A DNA stretch of 64,000 nucleotides, taken from positions 968 to 64,967 of the forward strand of contig CAYRXZ010000002.1 of the NCBI GenBank assembly GCA_964428615.1, given 5' to 3'. This DNA is from an uncultured Candidatus Saccharibacteria bacterium. Its GTDB lineage: Bacteria; Patescibacteriota; Minisyncoccia; UBA6257; UBA9933. Shown here one piece after another: positions 27,986-36,247 of the stretch (position 1 is its first letter; each line of letters opens with the position of its first letter). The position numbers and the translations under genes were made by a program. Under the pieces are notes generated by a model. The model was not told where the DNA came from. It saw only the letters and a list, made by a program, of their open reading frames with translations, and made no database searches.

Positions 27986-29008
27986 TTGTTTATGAAAAAA
28001 GACGTTGATAAAAATAAGACTCAAGATAATGTCGGTGATATAGATAAATTTGTGGAGTCCATAAATGAAAAATTTGGCGAAGGTACAATGATGAGGCTGG
28101 GCGAGATAAAGAAGGTTAATGTGGCTTCTATCTCAACAGGCTCTTTTTCTTTAGATTTAGCGCTGGGAGTCGGCGGTTTGCCAAAAGGTAGGATAGTGGA
28201 GATTTTTGGACCGGAATCAAGCGGTAAGAGCACTATGGCGCTTCATGTAATAGCTGAAACTCAAAAGAAGGGTGATAAAGCTGCTTATATTGATGCCGAG
28301 CACGCCATGGATCCGGATTATGCTAAAAAGCTTGGCGTTAAACTAGACGAACTTTTGATTTCCCAGCCAGATAGCGGTGAAGACGCTTTAAATATTTTAG
28401 AAGCGCTTGTGCGTTCCGGAAAAATAGATGTTGTTGTTATTGATTCTGTGGCGGCTTTAACTCCTCGGGCGGAAATAGAAGGTGAAATGGGAGCGCAATT
28501 TATTGGTCTTCAAGCAAGAATGATGGGTCAGGCATTAAGAAAAATTACGGCGTTGGCTGCCAAAGGAAATGTTTTAATTATTTTTATAAATCAGTTGCGC
28601 GATAAAATTGGAATGATGGGCTATGGCGAACCGACAACTACCCCGGGCGGTAGAGCATTAAAATTTTTCGCTTCAGTAAGAATTGATTTAAGGCGTATTG
28701 CTCAAATTAAAAAAGGAGAAGAGGCGGTTGGTAATCGTACTCGCGCCAAAGTCGCCAAAAACAAAGCGGCAGCGCCGTTTAAAATCGCGGAATTCGACAT
28801 AATATATGGTGAAGGAATTTCTTATGAGGGCGACATACTCGCTGTAGCGATTAAAAATGGAATTGTTAAAAAAGCCGGAAATACTTACAGTTTTGAAAAC
28901 GAAAAGATTGGAGTTGGCATGGAAGCCAGTCGCGAAAAACTCAAAGAAGACAAAAAACTTTTAAATGAAATAAAGAAAAAAACACTGGAAGTTCTTGATG
29001 TTAAATAA
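27986..29008 (+). CDS. recA: Recombinase RecA
   Basis: Walker [11 protein letters not shown]1/L2 loops, 340 aa. No intein. Confidence 0.97.
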   Translation: MFMKKDVDKNKTQDNVGDIDKFVESINEKFGEGTMMRLGEIKKVNVASISTGSFSLDLALGVGGLPKGRIVEIFGPESSGKSTMALHVIAETQKKGDKAAYIDAEHAMDPDYAKKLGVKLDELLISQPDSGEDALNILEALVRSGKIDVVVIDSVAALTPRAEIEGEMGAQFIGLQARMMGQALRKITALAAKGNVLIIFINQLRDKIGMMGYGEPTTTPGGRALKFFASVRIDLRRIAQIKKGEEAVGNRTRAKVAKNKAAAPFKIAEFDIIYGEGISYEGDILAVAIKNGIVKKAGNTYSFENEKIGVGMEASREKLKEDKKLLNEIKKKTLEVLDVK

Positions 29009-29365
29009 ATGACTGCTTTTATTTATATAATAAATAGGGTTTTCTACCGGTTCGTTGATTTTTGGCAGCATTGGTATATTGGCAGTTTTAAAATAGCAAA
29101 TCATATTCTTTTATCTTTATTGGAAAGATTAGATAGGAGAATAGCGTTAAAAATAACCTTTAAAAATTTTTTTCAGCCATTATATCAAGATAGAAGTTTT
29201 ATAGGTTATGTTTTAGGATTTATTTTTAGGACAATTCGCCTATTTTTCGGCGGAATTTTTTATTTATTTGTTGTTATTTTAGTACTGACGGCTTATCTTT
29301 TTTGGCTGGTAATTCCACTTTTAATTATTTTTGAAATTATTAAGGGTATAAATTCTAAGCTTTAA
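29009..29365 (+). CDS. Hypothetical small membrane protein (two C-terminal TM helices)
   Basis: Hydropathy only. Abuts the recA stop (TAAATG) and precedes the Clp-like gene. Confidence 0.35.
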   Translation: MTAFIYIINRVFYRFVDFWQHWYIGSFKIANHILLSLLERLDRRIALKITFKNFFQPLYQDRSFIGYVLGFIFRTIRLFFGGIFYLFVVILVLTAYLFWLVIPLLIIFEIIKGINSKL

Positions 29366-29370
29366 GTTTT

Positions 29371-31887
29371 ATGGAAAACATATATTTTGACGAGCCGCGT
29401 TTGAAAATGACCATGTTTGGGAGAACGGCGATTCGTTTTGCCTCTTATTGTTTTTATGCGATTTTTTCAGTTGCAGCCTTTATATTTTTAATGTCTGATG
29501 TAGATTTTTTGTTTTGGGTTGGAGTTTTTAGTACATTATTTCTTTTTTACAGAATTATCCATCTTAAACAAGCCGATGCCGAGCTTTTTAGTATTAAAAA
29601 TAAAATTTCTCCAGAAGAAAAAATAAATATCAGAAAATATTTTTCTCCAACAAGTATTTCGGTTTTAGAGCGAGCACTGGGAAAATCATTGGCTTCAAAA
29701 ATAAATTTTTTCCTTTGCCTGACTGATTTTTTAGCTAAAACAAAAGAGATAGAAAACGGACTTGAAAGAATGAGTATCTCTTTATCTGAATTTCGCGGTA
29801 AAATAAATAATTTAAAAAATAATTCTAAAGAAAAAGAATCATTTTATAAACAGGAAATAATTTCTAAAATTGAAAATTTAGCCAAAATTTCTTTTGAGAT
29901 TGCGCTTGCGAATAACGAAAAATTTGTTGAACCAAGAAATATTTTTTCAGCATTGAGTTTGATTAAAGAAGAAAAAATATCGCAGTTGTTAAATTATTTT
30001 TCAATAGACCCGAAAGACGTAGAAAATGCGCTTATTTTTAGCCGTTTTAAAAATAAGTTTAGGTGGCTTAAAAAACTTCCGGCTTCTTTGGGTGGATTTG
30101 CGAATAAGCCATATAAAATACGCCATCGTTTTATGAATAGGGCGTGGACTGCCAGGCCGACGCCGACACTAGATAAGTACGGCACGGATTTTACTGATTT
30201 GGCACGCGAAGAAAGAATAGGCTTTTTAATTGGGCATCAAAATGAATATGACCATATGACAGATGTTTTGTCGCGTCAGAACAAGTCAAATGTTCTTTTA
30301 GTGGGAGAACCAGGCAGCGGAAAAGAAACAATAGTTTGTCATTTGGCGTATGAATTAGTGAAAGATAAGACTCAACAAAAACTTTTCGATAAAAGATTAG
30401 TATCTTTATCTTTTGGCAGTTTAATTTCGGGCGCCGCAGATGCCGAAATTGCTTTACGTATCAGTAAAATAATTGAAGAAATAGTTTTAGCGGGGAATAT
30501 TATACTTTACATTTCTGATGTTCACAATCTTTATAAAACTTCCGGCCAACAATCTATGAGTGCGGCAGATATATTAATACCGGCGATTACAGGAGACGCC
30601 TTCCCGGTAATAGCAGCTACTTATCCGAAAGAATATAAAGAATATATTGAATCAAAAAGTGATTTTGTCAGCGCGTTTGAAATGATAAGGGTAGATGAAA
30701 TTAGTGAAGACGAAGCTATAAAGCTTTTAACGTACGATGCCATTATTTTAGAAAATCAGATGGGGGTTATTATATGTTTTGAAGCTATAAAGCAGGCGGT
30801 TTTTTTGGCGCATAAATATTTCCGCCAAAAATTATTGCCCTCAAGCGCGGAAGATTTACTTAAAGAAGCATTAGCGGATGCTAGCCAAAAAGGGAGTAGG
30901 ATTTTATCAGGAAATGACGTTATCGCTATTGCTGAAAGAAAAACAAATATACCCATTCATAAAACAACAAAAGAAGAAGCAAATAAGCTTTTAAATTTAG
31001 AAAATATAATCCATCAAAAATTAATAGATCAAGAAGAAGCGGTTAAATCGGTTAGCAGGGTTTTGCGTGAGTATCGGAGCGGACTTTCACGAAGGGGCGG
31101 GCCTATCGCGGTTTTTCTTTTTGTCGGTCCGACCGGCGTGGGCAAAACCGAACTTTCTAAAATTTTAACCAAAATTCAATTCGGTTCGGAGAATATGATG
31201 ATCCGTTTTGACATGTCGGAATATCAAAACAAACAAAGCATTGCCAGATTTATTGGTTCGCCTGATGGTAAAATTGCCGGCGCTTTAACCGAAGCGGTAA
31301 TTCAAAAACCATATTGCTTAATTTTACTTGATGAATTTGAAAAAGCCCATCCGGATATTTTAAACTTATTTTTACAGTTGTTTGACGAAGGCAGATTAAC
31401 GGATAATTTAGGCAGAACGGTTGATTTTACAAATACAATTATTATTACTACATCAAATGCCCATTCCGATTTTATAAAATCACACATTGAAGCACACACT
31501 TCATTTGGGATTATTACAGGAGAGCTTAAGAAAAAACTTACAGATTATTTTAAGCCAGAATTACTTAATCGTTTTTCCGACATCATTGTTTTTAAAACGC
31601 TTTCAATTTCCGATATTGAGGCGATAGCCGGTTTTCAACTTGCTGATGTGGCAAGAACGGTAGAAGAATCCCATGGAATAAGTTTGGTTTTTGACGAAGC
31701 GGTAGTTAAAAAAATTGCCGAATTGGGGTTTGACCCGGTATTCGGCGCCAGGCCGTTACGGGGAGTAATCTCGGAGAAAATTCGCAGTGTTTTAGCGGAA
31801 AAAATTTTGCGGGGCGAAATAGAAAAAGGGAATAACTTGTATGTTTCATTAGATAGTCGAGAAAACCTTGATTTTATATCAAAATAA
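29371..31887 (+). CDS. Membrane-anchored Clp/Hsp100-family double AAA+ protein (Clp_N-like repeats, degenerate D1, canonical D2)
   Basis: N-terminal ~60 aa is hydrophobic (2 TM). Clp_N-like repeats. D1 Walker A GEPGSGKE (T/S replaced by E) and Walker B ILYISDV (no catalytic Glu). D2 is canonical: GPTGVGKTE, LILLDEFEKAHPD, GARPLRG sensor-2. Confidence 0.75.
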   Translation: MENIYFDEPRLKMTMFGRTAIRFASYCFYAIFSVAAFIFLMSDVDFLFWVGVFSTLFLFYRIIHLKQADAELFSIKNKISPEEKINIRKYFSPTSISVLERALGKSLASKINFFLCLTDFLAKTKEIENGLERMSISLSEFRGKINNLKNNSKEKESFYKQEIISKIENLAKISFEIALANNEKFVEPRNIFSALSLIKEEKISQLLNYFSIDPKDVENALIFSRFKNKFRWLKKLPASLGGFANKPYKIRHRFMNRAWTARPTPTLDKYGTDFTDLAREERIGFLIGHQNEYDHMTDVLSRQNKSNVLLVGEPGSGKETIVCHLAYELVKDKTQQKLFDKRLVSLSFGSLISGAADAEIALRISKIIEEIVLAGNIILYISDVHNLYKTSGQQSMSAADILIPAITGDAFPVIAATYPKEYKEYIESKSDFVSAFEMIRVDEISEDEAIKLLTYDAIILENQMGVIICFEAIKQAVFLAHKYFRQKLLPSSAEDLLKEALADASQKGSRILSGNDVIAIAERKTNIPIHKTTKEEANKLLNLENIIHQKLIDQEEAVKSVSRVLREYRSGLSRRGGPIAVFLFVGPTGVGKTELSKILTKIQFGSENMMIRFDMSEYQNKQSIARFIGSPDGKIAGALTEAVIQKPYCLILLDEFEKAHPDILNLFLQLFDEGRLTDNLGRTVDFTNTIIITTSNAHSDFIKSHIEAHTSFGIITGELKKKLTDYFKPELLNRFSDIIVFKTLSISDIEAIAGFQLADVARTVEESHGISLVFDEAVVKKIAELGFDPVFGARPLRGVISEKIRSVLAEKILRGEIEKGNNLYVSLDSRENLDFISK

Positions 31888-31901
31888 ATTAATATTTAAA
31901 A

Positions 31902-32576
31902 ATGAAAATAAAAATAGATATAAATATTAAAATAAACAAGGTAATAAAACATTTGGTTGTTTCGGACCTTCTTTTTTTGGGAAGTTGGGGAATGATTTCT
32001 CCGATTTTTCCCATTTTTATTATTTCAAAAATTGAAGGCGCAAGCGTGATTATTGTGGGAGTTGTTGCCGCGCTATATTGGTTGGTAAAATCACTTTTTC
32101 AATTACCAGTATCAAAATATCTTGATAAAGAAAAAGGAGAAAGGGATGACTTTTATGCTCTTGTTACAGCAGTAGCTTTAGCAGCGGTGGCTTCTTTTAG
32201 TTTTGCTATGACTAAAAGTTTATGGCAATTATTTTTGACGCAATTTTTGTACGCTTTAGCCATGGGATTGTATATTCCTGCATGGACGTCAATTTTTTCA
32301 AGGCATTTAGACAAAGATAGAATCTCATTTAATTGGTCTTTGGATAGTACTGCTGTTGGACTGACTTCATTTGTCGCCGCGATTTCAAGTGGATTTTTAG
32401 TAAGTTGGCTTGGATTTTCTTTTGTATTTTTTGCCGTAGGTACATTGTCCCTTTTAAGTGCTCTTCTTATCTTTTTCACTCCAAGCCTAATTGTTCCTCC
32501 AAAAGCCACTACTGGTGCTGAAGAGAAATTGTCTTTGGAAATGAGAGATCATACTCCAGCGGGATTAGGTAAATAA
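31902..32576 (+). CDS. 6-TM membrane protein resembling one half of an MFS transporter
   Basis: Six predicted TM helices. Resembles an MFS C-terminal half. No room for a partner half upstream. Confidence 0.35.
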   Translation: MKIKIDINIKINKVIKHLVVSDLLFLGSWGMISPIFPIFIISKIEGASVIIVGVVAALYWLVKSLFQLPVSKYLDKEKGERDDFYALVTAVALAAVASFSFAMTKSLWQLFLTQFLYALAMGLYIPAWTSIFSRHLDKDRISFNWSLDSTAVGLTSFVAAISSGFLVSWLGFSFVFFAVGTLSLLSALLIFFTPSLIVPPKATTGAEEKLSLEMRDHTPAGLGK

Positions 32577-32585
32577 AATTTTATT

Positions 32586-34325
32586 ATGGCCAATCAAGAG
32601 ATTGCTAAGATTTTTTATAAAATCGCCCTTTATTTTGAAATGGATGATGTGCCTTTTAAGCCGCAGGCGTATGAAAAAGCGGCAATAAATTTGGAAATTC
32701 TTTCTGGGGACGTAGTAGATATTTATAAAAAAGGTGGGCAAGAGGCGTTAAAAGAAATTCCTGGAGTCGGGAAAAATATTGCAGATAAAATTATTGAATA
32801 TATCAAAACAGGAAAAATAAAAGAATATCAATCGTTGAAGAAAAAAATACCCGTTGATATCGAAGAACTTATTTCGGTTGAGGGAATTGGACCGAAAGGT
32901 GTTAAGTATTTATATAAAACTCTTAAAATAAAAAATCTTAAGGATTTGGAGCAGGCGGCAAAAACCGGAAAGATTAAAAATTTGCCGAACTTTGGCGAGA
33001 AAAAAGAGCAAAATATTTTAGAAGGCATTGAATTTTTAAAACGCAGCAAGGGCAGATTTTTACTTGGCGAAATTTTACCAAGAGTTCAAGAAATTATTTT
33101 AAGGCTCAAAGAGTTAAAGGAAGTTAAGCAAATTTCTGAGGCTGGTTCTGTTCGTCGCAGAAAAGAGACAATCGGCGATGTTGATATTTTAATAACATCG
33201 CCAAATCCCAAAAAAGTTATTGATTATTTTGTGGCGATGCCGGGTGTGGTTAAAATTTGGGGTAAAGGTCTGACAAAAGCTTCGGTAAAACTAAAAGATG
33301 GCTTTGATGTTGATTTGCGAGTTTTGCCTGACAGTCAATTCGGTTCGGCGCTGCAATATTTCACAGGTTCAAAAGAGCATAATATTGTTTTAAGGAAAAT
33401 TGCCATTGATAATGGCTTAAAATTAAGCGAATATGGGCTTTTTAGAGGTTCTAAGATGGTTGCCGGTAAAACAGAAAAAGAAATCTATAAGACTTTAAAG
33501 ATGGACTATATTGAGCCGGAATTAAGAGAAAATACCGGCGAAATTGATTTTGCCCTGAAAAAGAATTTACCCAAAATTATTAACTATAGTGACATAATGG
33601 GCGATTTACACATTCATTCAAAGTGGGGCGACTCTAAGCGCGAGGGTAAGAATTCAATTAAAGAATTAGCGGAATTGGCGATAAAAATGGGTTATCAATA
33701 TATTGGCATTGCCGACCATACAAAATTTTTACGAATTGAAAACGGTTTAAATGAAAAGCAATTAATTGAACGCAATAAAGAAATTGATAAGCTAAATACA
33801 GAATACAAGGTACAAAATACTAAATTTAAAATATTTAAGGGTTGCGAGACGAATATTATGGCTGACGGTTCGATTGATATCGAAGATAAAGTTTTGGCGC
33901 AAATGGATTTTGTTATTGCTGGAATTCATTCGCAGATGAAAATGCCAAAAGTACAAATGACTGAAAGAATAATTAATGCTATGAAAAATCCGAATATCGA
34001 TATTATTTCTCATCCAACTGGCAGAATTTTAAAGAAAAGAGATGAATATGAGGTTGATTTCGAAAAACTTTTAAAAGTGGCTGAAGAGACAAGAACAATT
34101 TTAGAAATAAATGCCTCACCAATAAGACTTGATTTAAACGACATTCGTATAAAAAAAGCGAAACAAGTCGGAGTGAAAATGATTATAAACACGGATGCTC
34201 ATAAAAAAGAGCAATTGCGGTTTATGGAATATGGAGTTTCGCAGGCGCGTCGCGGCTGGACGGAAAAGAAGGATATAATAAATGCTTGGCCCGTGGAGAA
34301 ACTTTTAAAGATGATGAAAAAATAA
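32586..34325 (+). CDS. polX: DNA polymerase X family protein with C-terminal PHP phosphoesterase domain (PolX)
   Basis: Pol-beta-like N-terminus (helix-hairpin-helix motifs, GSVRRRKETIGDVDIL nucleotidyltransferase motif). C-terminal PHP histidine/aspartate cluster (HIHSKWGD.., IADH..). Confidence 0.85.
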   Translation: MANQEIAKIFYKIALYFEMDDVPFKPQAYEKAAINLEILSGDVVDIYKKGGQEALKEIPGVGKNIADKIIEYIKTGKIKEYQSLKKKIPVDIEELISVEGIGPKGVKYLYKTLKIKNLKDLEQAAKTGKIKNLPNFGEKKEQNILEGIEFLKRSKGRFLLGEILPRVQEIILRLKELKEVKQISEAGSVRRRKETIGDVDILITSPNPKKVIDYFVAMPGVVKIWGKGLTKASVKLKDGFDVDLRVLPDSQFGSALQYFTGSKEHNIVLRKIAIDNGLKLSEYGLFRGSKMVAGKTEKEIYKTLKMDYIEPELRENTGEIDFALKKNLPKIINYSDIMGDLHIHSKWGDSKREGKNSIKELAELAIKMGYQYIGIADHTKFLRIENGLNEKQLIERNKEIDKLNTEYKVQNTKFKIFKGCETNIMADGSIDIEDKVLAQMDFVIAGIHSQMKMPKVQMTERIINAMKNPNIDIISHPTGRILKKRDEYEVDFEKLLKVAEETRTILEINASPIRLDLNDIRIKKAKQVGVKMIINTDAHKKEQLRFMEYGVSQARRGWTEKKDIINAWPVEKLLKMMKK

Positions 34326-34333
34326 CGAAGAAA

Positions 34334-34675
34334 TTATATTTTCTTCGCTATTTTTTCAAAAACGTCCGGTTCGTTTTGGGCCAGTTCGGCCAATATTTTT
34401 CTGTTAAGTTTAATATTCGCTTTTTTCAGGCCGGCTATGAATTTACTATAAGAGATATCTTGGGTTCTTGAAGCGGCATTAATTTGCACTTGCCAAAGTT
34501 GGCGGTAATTTCGTTTTTTTTCCTTTCTGCCCTGGAAAGCATGCGTCCAAGCGTGAAGCAGTGCTTCTTTAGCCGCTCTTTCCTTAGATTTTCTCCCCCA
34601 TTTAAACCCTTTGGTATATTTAAGAATTTTTGTTCTCTTTTTATTTGCGGTTGTGCCGCGTTTAACTCTGGTCAT
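34334..34675 (-). CDS. rplT: 50S ribosomal protein L20
   Basis: MTRVKRGTTANKKRTKILK..AKEALLHAW..YRQLW. Follows rpmI. Confidence 0.93.
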   Translation of the reverse strand: MTRVKRGTTANKKRTKILKYTKGFKWGRKSKERAAKEALLHAWTHAFQGRKEKKRNYRQLWQVQINAASRTQDISYSKFIAGLKKANIKLNRKILAELAQNEPDVFEKIAKKI

Positions 34676-34678
34676 AGC

Positions 34679-34855
34679 TTAATGATATTTTTTTATTATT
34701 TTATTTCCATCGCTCATTTCCCGGTAACGTTTTTTTCTGTTTTTCTGGACAGTTCTCTTTTTCGCCAGATTGTGCCCTTGACCCATTGTCCTTTTCAGGA
34801 TTTTTCCGGTTTTTGTAATTTTTATTCTTTTTCTAACGCTATGTTTTAAATTCAT
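34679..34855 (-). CDS. rpmI: 50S ribosomal protein L35 (coordinates approximate)
   Basis: Manual translation gives MNLKHSVRKRIKITKTGKILKRTMGQGHNLAKK..KKRYREMSDGNKIIKKYH, which is L35-like. The ATG overlaps the infC stop (ATGA). My count of a T/A homopolymer near 34797-34802 is uncertain and would shift the frame. Missing from the ORF track because it is under 60 aa. Confidence 0.7.
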   Translation of the reverse strand: MNLKHSVRKRIKITKTGKILKRTMGQGHNLAKKRTVQKNRKKRYREMSDGNKIIKKYH

Positions 34856-35358
34856 TTTTTTGCTATTTGCATCGTCATTCCTCGGCCTCCGAATTTCGGC
34901 TCGGAAATAACTTTGTATTCAATGGTTATTATTTTTAAAAATTCATTCAATTTTTGCTTAGCCCAGTCTTTATTAGCTTTTTCTCTGCCCTTTAGCTGAA
35001 ACATAATCTCCACGTTATTGCCTTTTGTGAGAAATTTTTCGACTAGCCGCGCTTTTATATCCAAATCGTTTTTTGCCGCTCGCGGGCTAACTCTAATTCC
35101 TTTTAATTCTCCGATTTTCTGCGAAGATTTTTGTTTTTTTAACTCTTTTTCTTTTTGAAATCGGAATTTATCAAAATCAATCATTTTCGCCACCGGTGGT
35201 TTGGCCATTGGAACTGTTTCTATTAAATCAAGTTCGCTTTCTTGCGCCAATTTAAACGCCGCTTCGCGCGACATTATACCGATGCTTTCTCCCTTTTCGT
35301 TTACAACCCTAAGCTCGGGAGCTGTTATTTGATTGTTAACTCTGTAATTTATTTGCAA
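34852..35358 (-). CDS. infC: Translation initiation factor IF-3 (TTG start)
   Basis: IF-3 N- and C-domains (..INYRVNNQITAPELRVV.. ). A non-ATG start is characteristic of infC autoregulation. infC-rpmI-rplT operon. Confidence 0.9.
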   Translation of the reverse strand: MQINYRVNNQITAPELRVVNEKGESIGIMSREAAFKLAQESELDLIETVPMAKPPVAKMIDFDKFRFQKEKELKKQKSSQKIGELKGIRVSPRAAKNDLDIKARLVEKFLTKGNNVEIMFQLKGREKANKDWAKQKLNEFLKIITIEYKVISEPKFGGRGMTMQIAKK

Positions 35359-35378
35359 ATTATTAATTTATTAATTGG

Positions 35379-35722
35379 TGGTGGAGATGGGGGTATTGAA
35401 ACCCCGTCCAAATGCTTTTCTAAAAAACTTCTACAAGCTTAGTCCCGATAGTTTGAAGAATTAAGAGATATAATCGGGACGAAAAACTCTTAACTCTTTT
35501 GCCTAATGGTCTCCCGGTTTTTGGCGGAAACCGGAACGAGCTCAAGTTATAACACCCTTGCCGCTAATATGAGCAATTAGCGAAGGATGCCGCATTTACG
35601 CAAAAGCGAATGCGGGAGCAACATTTCTGTTGGCAGTTATATATTTTTTGATTGGTTTAACGAGTCAATCGGCTCGGCTGCTGTTTTTTTGAAATGAACA
35701 TTTGTCGAAGCCTGGCATCCCC
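35379..35722 (-). ncRNA. ssrA: tmRNA (ssrA), ~344 nt, encoded tag ANRNVAPAFAFA
   Basis: Minus-strand 5' end GGGGAUGCCAGGCUUCGACAAA and 3' end GGACGGGGUUUCAAUACCCCCAUCUCCACCA (tRNA-like T-arm, acceptor, encoded CCA). Internal ORF GCC AAC AGA AAT GTT GCT CCC GCA TTC GCT TTT GCG TAA. Lies 7 nt downstream of smpB. Confidence 0.85.
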
Positions 35723-35729
35723 AGTTGCT

Positions 35730-36170
35730 TTAGAGATGGCTCGCCATCTCTCTGTCGGCCTCTCTTTTTTTGAGAAGCTCTCTTTTATCCGCTTTTTTGC
35801 GACTTTTTGCTAATCCGATTTCAATTTTTATCAGATTTAACTTGCCTTTAGTATAGACTTTGAGAGGCAGTAAAGTCAAGCCTTTTTCTTGTGTTTTACC
35901 TATTAATTCTTTTATTTCATTACTTTTTAAAAGTAATCTGCGCGTGCGTTTTGAATTATAATCTTCCGGCGCATTTTTTGGCTGATATGCCGGAATGTCG
36001 GCGCCTAAAAGCCAAAATTGGTTTTCTCTAAAGACAACATAAGAACTAGCCAGATTTATTCTGCCATTTTTTATTGATTTAACCTCAAGGCCCTTTAATT
36101 CAACTCCTGCTTCAAAGGTTTTAAGGATTTCGTGGTCAAAATATGCTCTTTTATTGGTGGTGATAACCAT
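35730..36170 (-). CDS. smpB: SsrA-binding protein SmpB
   Basis: ..RAYFDHEILKTFEAGVELKGLEVKSIK.. with a basic C-terminal tail. Adjacent to tmRNA. Confidence 0.92.
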   Translation of the reverse strand: MVITTNKRAYFDHEILKTFEAGVELKGLEVKSIKNGRINLASSYVVFRENQFWLLGADIPAYQPKNAPEDYNSKRTRRLLLKSNEIKELIGKTQEKGLTLLPLKVYTKGKLNLIKIEIGLAKSRKKADKRELLKKREADREMASHL

Positions 36171-36247
36171 GTGTTAAGTATCATGTATCATGTATTAAGT
36201 ATCAAGTATCTCTTTAAATTTATCTTTTTATCAATTAAAATAAGACT

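Noticed and set aside
31902-32576. Calling the 6-TM protein a full MFS transporter
   Set aside because: It has only six helices, and there is no room for an N-terminal half. It is annotated conservatively as a half-transporter-like membrane protein.
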